Source: Eledone cirrhosa
Taxonomy: Eukaryota
NCBI GenBank assembly: GCA_964016885.1
Contig: OZ024755.1
Coordinates: 23,870,001 to 23,934,000 of the forward strand
DNA: 64,000 nucleotides
Reading direction: 5' to 3'
Positions within the stretch are counted from its first letter, which is position 1. Every line of letters begins with the position of its first letter. Below are positions 39,646 to 51,602 of this stretch, piece by piece. The position numbers and the translations under genes are program-made. The notes beneath the pieces are model-generated. The model saw only the letters and a list, made by a program, of their open reading frames with translations. It searched no databases and was not told the origin of the DNA.

Positions 39646-40927
39646 TTTTTGGACACAATTAGAAAAAGAATCATATTAACTAGAGATAGGAGGTCATGAC
39701 CAAACTACTTCAATTCCTGCCTTTTGTGGAATTCCTTCATTCATTCGTTGTTACTTTTTTTCTGTATTTCTCATATTTAATATAATTTCAGATATGTTGA
39801 AATTGTTAATATAATTTGAATTTGAGTATCTCTCAAACTGAAAGGAATTAATCAAAGTTGTTTCAGATCTAAAAAATATTAAGATTCTAGTGATTTGCCA
39901 AAGGTTCTGTAATATAATTGTTTCTGTAGAATTAGACACATGAATGTAATCATTAACAATGTCAAACTAAATAAGCATTTCACTGGTGAGATCAAAATGT
40001 ATCCAGAGTTTACTCCAATAAAAAAAAAAGAAAGGAAAATAATATTAGTCATTAACTAATATTGGTTTTAACCATCACATAATGATATTTTTAATGGTTC
40101 CTGCATTAAAAATATCAACACCACCTTAACTACTATACTTCATAATTTTACCTGAATACAAGTGTATATTTTTAGTAATGTTAACATTTTCCTTCTATAT
40201 GTGTACAGTTAGTAGTTTTATCTTTTGTTAAAAAAAAACAAAGAGAGACTGATTTCTTCTTTCACTGGACACACATAAGAAAACTATCTAGAATATTACA
40301 TGTTCAGTGAAAAGAAGTTCAGAGTAGTTAGTGATGGATATTGTAATAACAAAAGGGAAAATGTCAACTTCCTTCCTCATCTTTTAATATAATCAATATC
40401 AACTTTCTTTTCAGAAGCATTTTTTTTTCTCTGATCTTGTGAAAACAATTTTCTTCAGTGATATAATTTTTATGTCTTCTGATATACAGATATAAAGGCG
40501 GGGGGAGGTATTGAGGAAAAAAATAAGACATCTTCAGGAAAACAAAGATTTTGGAATTTAACTATTTCTATGACACTGATCTTTTAATGTGATTTTTTGG
40601 ATATCAGTTTGTTTCATTTGAAATTTAGGAGAATAATAAAGCTAGAGAGGATAATGGCTTAGTCAATAGAAGAGTTAGCATATCAACTAAAGGGTGCATG
40701 GTTTATATCGAATATGTGTTGTGGAGTTGTGCCATTGGCAAAGTAATATAACTCTAAATGGCCCAATCTATAATACCTAACTGTAAATACGTGCAATTCA
40801 TTGATATAAATAGTGAAAGCCTTTTATAGCTGTGAAGCATTTGATTAGTTTGCAATCAAAACCCAAATTCCTCTATATGATAACTAGATAAAGATATCTC
40901 CCTTAACTGCAAGCTTAAGAACTAGAT

Positions 40928-41228
40928 CAGAGGTTCTCAACCTTTTAGGGTTACTGCCCCCCCCCCCCCCCCTCACAGCCACGTAATACCCTCAGCCCCC
41001 ACCCCTCAAACCTTACCAGAGAGACCTGCCTACATGCAAATTGTAAATAATATATAATAAATAAAATTGTTAATTTATAATAAATAATATAATATAATAT
41101 ATATATATGTAAAATAAATATTATATCATCTCTACTGCCCCCTTAGGCCACAGCGCCCTCCCCCCACCCTGGACCTTCTCAACCCCCTCTCCCGAGGGTG
41201 GGGGGTGCATCCACTTTGAGAGCCTCTG
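40928..41228. mobile_element. Complete hAT MITE
   Basis: TIRs CAGAGGTTCTCAA / TTGAGAGCCTCTG; TSD AACTAGAT / AACTAGAC. Confidence 0.9.
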
Positions 41229-41699
41229 AACTAGACTAATGATCTGAAAATAAAATTCACCAAAGCTACAGAATTCTTCAGCTAATATCCAATAATTTAA
41301 AATTGTTTCAAACTTGCAATGGTAATCTACAAACACACACATGCACATACCTATATATGTATATATATGTATTTTACAGGTACAACTAACTGGCAGGAGA
41401 CCCAGCAAGATGGTTGGATAATAACCATGAGCTTGGATGGTCTCGTTTGGGTATCCAGCGAGATCAGTTGGAGATAGTTGCTTCTGACAGGACCTGCTGG
41501 AAGGAATGTTTGAGGACTCTGCCTCCAATGACCCTCTCAGGAATAAGTGGGTGAAGAAGAAGAGAAGTTATAGTTGATGACACTTCTCAAGATACTGTGT
41601 GGTAGGATCATCAAACCTTGAACCACATAGTTAAAATAGGTATATGAACAATTTACACATTCCTGAACCAAACTCTATTTTTTATTACTGAGGTGATAA

Positions 41700-42070
41700 A
41701 TATAATTAATTAATTTATTAAAGACTAGCTGATGTACCCAGCATCACCCAGGTAAAGAGATGATAAGAGAAGACAGGTAAAAGAGAAAATGACTGTATTG
41801 GATGTTTGTCTACTTTACAGTATGAGGTGAGACCTTATTATTTTTCATTACTGAGAGGATAAATATGGATCATTAGTTCATTAATTAATTTATTGAAGAC
41901 TAGCTGACAAACCCAGCTTTGCCCAGGTAAACAGATGATAAGAGAAGACAGATAAAAGAGAAAATGACTATATTGGATATTTGTCTGGTTTACCATATGA
42001 GGTGAGACATTATATTTCATTACTGTTGGAATAAATATAGATCATTAGTTCATTAATTAATTTATTTAAG
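41700..42070 (-). mobile_element. Tandem pair (~175-bp unit) of Helitron-like 3' ends
   Basis: Each unit ends on the minus strand in CCTGGG....GCTGGG hairpin-like sequence followed by CAGCTAG|T. Confidence 0.6.
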
Positions 42071-43189
42071 ATAAAAATCATTTACATGTACATTTTTTTT
42101 TATTTCTTGATTGCTTGCTTGTTAATTTGATTTCATGAATTTATAACACATCTCAACTCATCAGATTTTAAGTTAGAAACACAAATCAATAAAACATTCT
42201 TGTAGTTTCACAGATCCCTTGTGGCAGTTTAACTAAACTGATGCATCTAGAATCCTGAAACAGAACTGTCAGAAGACAGCCAGAATAATCAACTGCTGAG
42301 CACTGTATGCAATAATTTCATTATTATTGTTATTATATTAACCCTTTAGTATTTATATTACTCTACATTTACTATTATATTTTCACGATAAAGGCTTTAT
42401 CTTACACAATTATCTTACATAATATCGAATCTATGAGATTTTGATATTATTTATTTTGAAAATAATACCTTAACATTGGTATGAGTGGCTGGTTACAGCC
42501 AGTTTGAACAGAAAGAGGTGAGAGAATTCTGGCTGGATGCGGCCAGTTTAAATACTAAAGGATTAAGTCACAGAATAAATGTTACTGACTTAATGTTATC
42601 CATGATGGATCAAATATCTAAAGAACACCTATTAGAAACTGAAATTCTGGTTTTTGGACATTTAATGTATTACTGTATTGTGTTGCAATTATCGTTTGCC
42701 AACAGATAGGCTTAATAGAGATTGATTGAAATGATATAGTACAATAAAAATGGATTAGTTCACACCTAAAATCATTGACAAATGATGGAAAAACATTAGA
42801 CAGTAAAATACTATCATTAGTTGCAAAGTAAATAATGAATACATAAACCACCAGCTATGACTTTATGATAAACTATCCAAAACCTACATTTTCAGATAAT
42901 TATGGTTTTGAAAGATGGCATGGAAGAAGAGACATACATGCATGATGCACTGTAAATTATAACTTAAGGGTAGTTAATTATTTCAAAATACACACACACA
43001 CATACATATATATAGTAATAATAAATACAAAAACCAAAATTCAAAGCGGATTTGATAAGGGTTTGTATCATTATCATCACCGTTTTACGTCCATTCTTCC
43101 ATGCTAGCATGGGTTAGACGGGTTGTCCTGTTGTGGGCAATGTTAGGTCAGGTGACATTGTCTTGCTCATGTGGGATATGTATATATAT

Positions 43190-43242
43190 AAGTTTCAGAT
43201 GATCCTGCTTAGGGTGAAAGCAGAAATTCTTTGCTTAAACTT
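43190..43242 (+). ncRNA. Hammerhead-like motif with CAGATGA core (family F)
   Basis: AAGTTT CAGATGA TCCTGCTTAGGGT GAAA GCAGAAATTCTTTGC TT AAACTT. Confidence 0.6.
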
Positions 43243-45509
43243 TTTGTACTAATTATATATATATATATATAGGAAAAGAGTCAGGACCCCAACGGCTGAG
43301 CTCCGACCGTTTCGACAGCTAGACCCTAATATTGAATACTCTGGTGCATTATGGTCCACCTGGTTCTTTACCACACTTTCTTTGTTATATATATATCAAC
43401 ATATTAAGAAAAACAGACAAGGCATGATACATAACATATACACACATATATATATATATATATACATATATAAAGCGAGAGAGAGAGTTTTGGACACCAC
43501 CTACAGAAAAGATGATAAAAGCATAGCATTGACAAGAAGTCAGAATAAGGACAGCACAGAAGATAAAACATAATTTTCATTAGAAACCATCAAGATGTTA
43601 TTTATTTTGAGAACAATACCTTAGCATTAGTATGAGTAGCCAGTTTGAAAAGAAAAAGATGAGAGAATTCTGGCTGGATACGGCCAGTTTAAATGCTAAA
43701 GGGTTTAATGTACTAGAATGGAAACATGTGAGACTTTGATATTATTTATTTTAAGAACAATACCTTAGCATAAGTGGTCAGTTACAACCAGTTTGAACAT
43801 AAAGAGGTGAGAGAATTCTGGCTGGATATGATCGGTTTGAAGCCTAAAGGGTTAACCTTACTCCTGTATCCATATATTATATATATTTAATTTTAATTTA
43901 GTTTTCCCTCTTTGATTGTGATCCAAGTCATCCAAATTATTGCAAATTTCAAGCTGAAATATGGCTAAGTTTCAGGAAAATAGATATTACTTGGTATTAG
44001 GCAATCATAAGTATTTTTATCCTCTAAATTGAAGTGTCTCTAGTGTATCAGAGTGTCTTAGAAGCTGTGAAATATAGTACACATATATTAAATATATATA
44101 TATATATACATGCACTCCCCATATTGTGTCTTCAAAAAGGAAAGATACATTAGAGAATATAGCCCTGCATTCAAGCATACAAAAAGATGTATTCTCTGGC
44201 TGGAAAGCTTTTATTGTTGGCCTACTCAATCATGGCTATTCTGGTTAAACAATGATGGATAAGCAACTATAAATATTTCCATCCAGACTGCAATCCTCTA
44301 TGTCAGTGATTCTCAATCTTGTATTATTTACTTCTTTACCTCTATTTCTGAAACATTTAATTCCAGAATCAATGGTGACATACCAATGTTTTGATGAGTT
44401 AGAAAGCCTTGTTTTTATTTAACCTATACTGTAAACGTTTATATGATATTAATATATTGTCTCAATATCTCTTTAGTTATATTTAACCAAATGTTTGTAT
44501 AATTACAGATATAAAGTAATGCAAATTTCATTATTTTCATTGTCATCAAAATCCACCTGATGAGTTGTATGAAAATCATTCTTTATGGACATAATATTCA
44601 TATAAATATTCACATATAAATGAATATGCTCGAAATGTTTCTGACCTCAGCAACACTTGCTACTATAGAAAATACACTGTCAAAAGATGGATAAAGTTTA
44701 CAATAATCATGGGAAATTCCTATGTACAGCAGGCTATATGATTCTTTCAGTCATTATCAAAGATGACCATAGTTAAGGGTTGGCTCGACTACCATATTGA
44801 AGATAGCATGTTTGGCTTTTGCACCTACCTCCCTTCTGCTGATTACTGAATACTGAAACTGGTGCATTACTGCACCAACTCCTGCAATTCTTGCATTTAA
44901 TTCAGTCTCCTGCCTTCTATCACTTGTAAACACAGCCCTGAGATATTCTCCACCTGCTTCAGGGGAACTCCGAAAGAATAAGATCACAAATACAAGCAGC
45001 CAAAATTGGGTTCCTCTGAAGGGTCTTTGAAGTAACCTCACCCAATAGAGTGCATAGCAACAAGATCAGAGAGCCAATCCAGGTAGAGTTACAATTTCTA
45101 CAAATTGAGAGATCACAGCTCCAATACTGTAGCTTAGAATGTCTCAGAAAATAATCACTGGACAGATTTTAAAGGCAAAACCAAATGACAAGAGGTCCAG
45201 GGGTAGATCCTGAGTGAGATAACATCTATGAGCTTGGCTGGTCTCGCTTGGGAATCCAGCCAGGTCAGTTGGAAATAGCTACATCTGACAGGACCTGTTG
45301 GAAGGAGTGTTTGAAAGAGGAGAAGAAGAAGAAGAAGAAATAGATTGATAAAAGTTCCTCTTCTTATTTGAAATTGTCTCTTCCCTTTTTTGATTTTTAA
45401 TCTTTTTCTCTTTTACATAGATACTCTGTAAGTTTTCTGTTATTATCTTTAATAGCACCACATTAATGAGTTTAATCATATTCATTCTTGTAATAATTAA
45501 TGTTATATG

Positions 45510-45680
45510 ACAAAAAGTGCCCAGTCCACACTGTAAAATGGTTGTGTTGGTGACATGACAAAAAGTGTCCAGTCCACACTGTAAAGTGGTTGTGTTGGTA
45601 ACAACAAAAAGCATCCAGTCCACACTGTGAAGTAGTCGTGTTGGTGACACAATAAAAAGTGCCCAGTCCACAATGTAGAC
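45510..45680 (+). repeat. Tandem ~41-bp unit derived from the RTE 3' UTR
   Basis: AAAAAGTGCCCAGTCCACACTGTAAAGTGGTTGTGTTGGTGAC x4; same unit at 12290-12380 and 14700-14820. Confidence 0.8.
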
Positions 45681-45867
45681 GTAAAGCACAGAAGCTATTC
45701 CTTAGAGAATTAGACTTCCTACTCTGAAGGTTCTGAAGCTCTTGTAATACCTCCAAAACTCCAAAAATTGACAACGGGCTGGGTTTTATTTAAAAGACAA
45801 GTTCTGCTAAATGTAGACAGCAAGTACTTAAGACTATATTCATTATTATATTCATGATGTAAGAAAA

Positions 45868-46695
45868 TGGCAGTGCATGGATCGGACGCCATGCTTTGAC
45901 GCAGAGTTACAGCCCTTGCCATTCTGATTTCAAATCCCGCCAAAGTTAACTTTGCCTTTCAGCCTTATGGGGTCGATAAAATAAAGTACCAGTAATGTAC
46001 TGGGTAATTGCTGGCCTTGTGCCAATAGTAGAAACAATTATTATATTCATGATGTAAGAAAATGGTGGTGGATTGGCAGTATCAGTAGAGCGTCGGACAT
46101 CATGCTTTGTAGCATAGGGTTACGACCCTTTACGTTCTGAGTTCAAATCCACCAAGTTTAGCTTTGCCTTTCATCCTCACAGGGTCGATAAAATATTCTA
46201 CTAGGGTTTAATTAGTAATCCTATTAAGGTTAACTTTATCTTTCATCCTTCCAGCTTTCTGGAGTTGATAAAATAATCTACCAGTCAAGTACTGGAGTCA
46301 ATTTAATTGACTTTCCCCTCACTCCAAATTACTAGCCTTATACCTATGTTAGAAACAATTATTATAGGGCGGTGGATTGGCAGTATCGGTAGAAGATCGA
46401 ATGTCATGCTTTGCAGCAAAGAGTTATGCCCCTTTACGGTCTGAATTCAAATCCCGCCGAGGTTAACTTAACCTTTCATCCTTATGGGGTCGATAAAATA
46501 AAGTACCAGTAATCCACTGGCATAATTGCTGGCCTTGTGCCAAAAGTAGAAACAATTATTATAATCTTGCCAGAGTTAGCTTTGCTTTTCATCCTTCCAA
46601 GGTTGATAAATAAAGCACCAGTAATGCACTGAGGTCGATTTAATCAATTTTCCGCTCCCCTTCAAATTGCTGGCCTTGTGCCTAGAAACAATTAT
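45868..46695 (+). mobile_element. Array of five head-to-tail SINE family 1 copies
   Basis: Five cores; flank ATTATTATATTCATGATGT repeated at about 45842, 46036 and 46691. Confidence 0.85.
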
Positions 46696-47268
46696 TATAT
46701 TCATGATGTTCATCAACCTTTATAGATAAATTTATGTTTTGCAAGGCCAATGTTTTTGTCGATATATGCACCAGAGTGTTAGTCACACTGTTCTTTCACA
46801 TGGCACCACAAATTATATATAGGAAGTGAAAGATGTTAAACACTATTAGATAACTAGAAAATGTGAGTCGGAGGGAGATAATAAGAACCTATTCTATTTA
46901 ACAGACTAAAAATATAATTTGATGGTGCAGGAATGTTCAATGTTCTGTGTAACAGGTGAAACTTAGGCCATCAGCTACAAATGAAAATAAGCTGAACCCT
47001 TTTGATAATAAACTGCCTGAGATTGCTCCTGGTTCTGCAATACAAAGCTGTTTATTTTTAAATGTTTATATTTATCTAAAAATCTTCCATCATTAATTAA
47101 TGTATGTAAGAACATTTGTTAAGTTGCGCTCCAAACACCTGCTGTGATAATGAGCAAGTTAGTTATTTTCAAAATCACTGGCAGCGCCTTTCATTAGAAA
47201 TATAGCAACTAAAGGGTTAGTACTTTCCTACTTTGGCTTCAGTAGTAAATTTTACATATCATGTAGAA

Positions 47269-47585
47269 CAGTGGTTCTTAACCTGGGGTACCAGCACCCC
47301 AAGGGGTGTGTGGTTGGGATCTTAGGGGTGCAAGCAGAAGTCTAGAAAAACAACTTTCTTTCCATTTTACTTCACATCATTCAGTGTTTCATAGCTTTCC
47401 ATTTGTTTCAACATAGTTATTTAATTAAATCATATTAGTTAATTAATTAAATAGTAGCAACTAAGTAGCTGATAATTTGAGCTGAAAATTCAACTTCTTT
47501 TGTTGTATATGCTAGGCTTAGGGGTGTAGGATAAAATTTCAAAATCTCAAGCGGTGCCATGATAGAAAATGGTTAAGAACCACTG
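47269..47585. mobile_element. hAT MITE with perfect TSD
   Basis: TIRs CAGTGGTTCTTAACC / GGTTAAGAACCACTG; TSD ATGTAGAA. Confidence 0.92.
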
Positions 47586-48564
47586 ATGTAGAAGAACTAC
47601 AGCATTTGGAATCAACATTATATTTATAGCAATGATTATCTTGTACATACAATATATGCACCAAAATAACTACAAAATCAATTTTCTTTTTAACTACGAA
47701 CTCTGTACTGGATTGTCAATTGCAAGTAAGAAATCCTGAGGAAGCAAGTCTACTATATTTCAACTAAATTACCATACATGCTTCTGCTGTTATCTCTATT
47801 TACACATGCTGGATAGCCAGCTACATTAAGTATGTTCTGATTGCTATCTAATATGACAACATACAACATGGTCTGACATTAGATCGAAACATAGCATACT
47901 CCCTATCTTAGAATTGCTGAGTAAACCTAAGGATTTGATTGACAACATATGCTATTGGTCTGTCTGAAGGATGATGACAGACTACTTAACTACATTAAAT
48001 TATCTATGCTTTGCAGCATAGAGTTATGACCCTTTACGTTCTGAGTTAAAATTCTGCAACGGTTAGCTTTGCCTTTCATCTTTACAAGGTCGATAAAATA
48101 AAGCACCAGTAATGCACTGGGGGTAATTGCTGGCCTTGTGCCAAAAGTAGAAACAAATTATCTATATTAAAGCACATTTTGTAAGATTCCACATTTTTCT
48201 TTTAATGAAGCTAATCATCATTATCACTGTTTAGCGTCTATTTTTCCATGCTTGCATGGGTTGGGCAGGTCTTCCACGCCAGGAGACAAGTCTGGCCAGA
48301 ATTGGCTCCAGCATGACTAAATTTGGCAGGGGATTCTACAGCTGGATGCCCTTCCTAACACCAACCACATTTACAGTGTGGAACTGGATATTAAAAGAAA
48401 ATTCGAAACTGCTTAACATCAGTAGTTGTGATTTAAAATTTCATTCTTTTTTGTTCATTAATTTTGTCTCATCTTACAAGAAAAACCATCTCCTTCGTCT
48501 AAGGAGGAAATATGCAAAATAAAGAAAATGAACTTTATGTTATAAATCAAGAAAAAATATTGAG

Positions 48565-48680
48565 ATTATTATATCATGTTGGAAACACTGATTCTCATCT
48601 GATCCCCAAAGTTAAGCAATGTAAACCCTAGTTAGTACTTAGATGGATGACTGCATGGGAAATCTAGGTGCTGCAAGTAT
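48565..48680 (+). pseudogene. 5S rRNA-derived sequence (pseudogene or SINE3 head)
   Basis: ATATCATGTTGGAAACACTGATTCTCATCTGATC...AAGTTAAGCAA...GTTAGTACTTAGATGGATGACTGCATGGGAA.TCTAGGTGCTG follows metazoan 5S rRNA, with many CpG-decay changes. Confidence 0.85.
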
Positions 48681-49026
48681 ATTTCCTTTTGAAAGCAGTG
48701 TTCCAGCATGGCCATAGTCTAATGACTGAAACCAGTAAAGTATGTGAGAAAATTTTAAGTAGGTTGGTACGATAATGTTAATATTAAGAAACAGATTAAA
48801 CATTTAAATGTAGAAAACTGTTAAACAATCTTTGTAGTAAAATTTGTTCTGTGAATAGCACATCATTTTAAGAATACACTAGTCCCCTGGTGTTGCGTTC
48901 TTAGAACGCCCATGATGAGTGAAAAACCACGAATATTGGACAGGGTCCATAAAAATGCCCATAAACATCAAAACATAATGTAACATATAGGCTGGTAAAT
49001 ACAGTATATTATATTGTTATTAATTA

Positions 49027-49215
49027 GGCGGTGGATTGGCAGTATCGGTAGAGGGTCGGACGCCATGCTTTGACGCATAGAGTTACGGCCCTTGCCATTC
49101 TGAGTTCAAATCCCGCCGAGGTTAACTTTGCCTTTCATCCTTTCGGGGTCGATAAAATAAAGTACCAGTAATACACTGGGTAATTGCTGGCCTTGTGTCT
49201 AACGTAGAAACAATT
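49027..49215 (+). mobile_element. Full-length SINE family 1 nested in a Tigger-like MITE (48878-49415)
   Basis: TSD ATATTGTTATTAAT at 49011-49024 and 49216-49229. Confidence 0.92.
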
Positions 49216-49781
49216 ATATTGTTATTAATAATTTAAAAAGTGTGAAAAAATATATATTGCCATGTAAAAAGCCATAAAAAAATCGTAGAAGATATTTACA
49301 GTTCTGCAAATATACAGTGGTTTCCACGAACAATTATTAGTTAGGTGTCTAAGGAAAGTTCCGTGAATAACCGGGACCATGAATGCTGGGACTGTGAATA
49401 CTGGGGGACAACTCTATATTCTTTTTCATTGAAAAGCATTTGTCTTTTTTCAGAACTATTTCAACTAATATATGAAATTAGTAGTAATATAAAATTTATG
49501 ATATAAAAGTCCAATAGATTTTAAATTAACAGATCGTATTTTTAACAGATTTAATTTTTTCTTTACAATGCCTTTTTTCGAACTATAAACTGAGAAATAC
49601 AGTCAAAGAATGTTGAAAAAAAAAAAAACAGAATTGAGAGAAAAGTGAATTGAAGGAAGATGAGAAAGGTGAGACAACCAAGATATTTCTCAGCTGAAAC
49701 TTTACTTAGTTAATCAGTATTCACCTCAGTTTTATGCTGTTTCCTGGACATTATTGAACAGACCAATGACATTACTCACTA

Positions 49782-49980
49782 CAAGGGTGGGCTGAAAAGT
49801 TCATAGGTTGACTATTAAGGAGTGATGCTACAGCTGTGAAATCTTGCATGCATTAATTTCAGTTGTTCTCATTTATAACAGCATTGTTTCTTTCCAGGGA
49901 CTATGTTGAAAAGTAAACCTCATTTAGTTATTCCATGAGAGTATCTTGGTCAGCCTATGAAGTTTTCAGCCGACCCACAC
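49782..49980. mobile_element. mariner-derived MITE
   Basis: TIRs GGGTGGGCTGAAAAGTTCATAGGTTGAC / GTCAGCCTATGAAGTTTTCAGCCGACCC. Confidence 0.8.
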
Positions 49981-50296
49981 ACATATATACACACACATAT
50001 ATATCCACCACCACATCACATCACATCACCATCATCATCATCATCATCATCGTTTAACGTCCATTTTCCACGAGGTAAGTTTATTATGAAACAGAGAGTG
50101 TGTTTGAAAATAAATATAGAAGCTTTCATCGTGTTTTTTTTACTAAAGAAATTGTAGCTTGATAGTGGGGTTTAGAACCCTCTAAGAAATGGAAAAAGAT
50201 GAGTATTGATGTCAATACGCATCTTTTTTCATTTCCTAGAGGCTTCTAAACCCCACTATCAAGCTACAATTTCTTTAGTCAAAAAATATATGGTGG

Positions 50297-50640
50297 AGGC
50301 ACATGGCTTAGTGGTTAGAGCATTGGCCTTGCAATCGAAAGGTTGTGAGTTCAATTCTCAGACCAACCGGGTGATGTGTTGTTTCCTTGAGCAAGACACT
50401 TTATTTCACTTTGCTCCAGTTTACTCAGCTGTAGAAATGAGATGATAGGGACTGGGGTCCCCATCATTCCACTGCAAAGTGGTCGTGGAGGTGCCATGAC
50501 AAAAAAGCACCCAGCACTCACTGTAAATGAGGTTGGTGTTAGGAAGGGCATCCAGCTGTAGAAATCAAACCAGCATCAATTCCCGTCCCACCCTTGCAAG
50601 CAGGGAAAAGTGGACGTAAAATGAAATGATGAAATGATGA
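50297..50640 (+). mobile_element. Full-length SINE family 2
   Basis: Close match to 24378-24720. Confidence 0.9.
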
Positions 50641-50660
50641 TATTACGCACACACACACAC

Positions 50661-50980
50661 ACGATGGTGTGCTTGAAAAGTTCATAGGTTGACTATGAAG
50701 GAGTGATGGATGCTACAGCTGTGAAATCTTGCATGCATTAATTTTGATTCTTCTTATTAATAACTGCATTGTTTCTTTCCAGGTAAACTGACATCTGACT
50801 TCAAAAGTAGCTAGTAGCGACTTCTCATGGAAATGAACAAAATTTAGCATCATGGTGTTATCAAGCATCTGCAGAAAAAGCATTTAGCCTCAAGGACATT
50901 CATGCTGAGATGGTTGCTCTTGTGGTTATATTCCATGAGAGTATCTTGGTCAGCCTATGAACTTTCCAGGTGACCCTTGT
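50661..50980 (+). mobile_element. mariner deletion derivative retaining the transposase N-terminus
   Basis: Same TIRs as 49782-49980; MNKI*HHGVIKHLQKK..KDIHAEMVA remnant with a frameshift. Confidence 0.75.
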
Positions 50981-51097
50981 ATAGTAGCTTTTCTTCATTA
51001 ATACATTATTTAACCCAAGCTACAGAAGATAGGAGTTTAATATCCCATGTTATGTCATCTCTTGCTTGTCTACTTTTACTTTATTATTAACCCCTTA

Positions 51098-51602
51098 GGG
51101 CAGTGGATTGGCAGTATCAGTAGAGGGTTGGATGCCATGCTTTTCAGCATAGAGTTACGGCCCTTTATGATCTGAGTTCAAATCTTACCGAGGTTAACTT
51201 TGCCTTTCATCCTTATGGTGTCGATAAAATAATGTACCAGTAATACACTGGGATAATTGCTGGCTTTGTGCCAAAAATAGAAATAATTATTAACCCCTCA
51301 ATCCTTTTCATCTTACGGCGCCAATAAAACAAAGTACCAGTAATGCATTGGGGTTGATTTAATTGACTTTCCCCTCCCCAAAATTGTTGGCATTGTACCT
51401 AAATCAGAAACCATTATTAACTATTATCTCTCGGTAGAGAGTCGGACGCCATGCTTTCCAGCATAGTTATGTCCCTTTACGATCTGAGTTCAAATCCCGC
51501 CGAGGTTCACTTTGCCTTTCATCCTTACGGGGTCGATAAAATAAAGTACCAGTAATGCACTGGGTAATTGCTGGCCTTGTGCCTAAAGTAGAAACAATTA
51601 TT
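51098..51602 (+). mobile_element. Three tandem SINE family 1 copies
   Basis: Duplicated flanks ATTATTAACCCCT and ATTATTAACTATTATC. Confidence 0.85.

Noticed and set aside
48565-48680. Functional 5S rRNA gene
   Set aside because: Many substitutions disrupt helices, the 5' end is eroded and there is no tandem array
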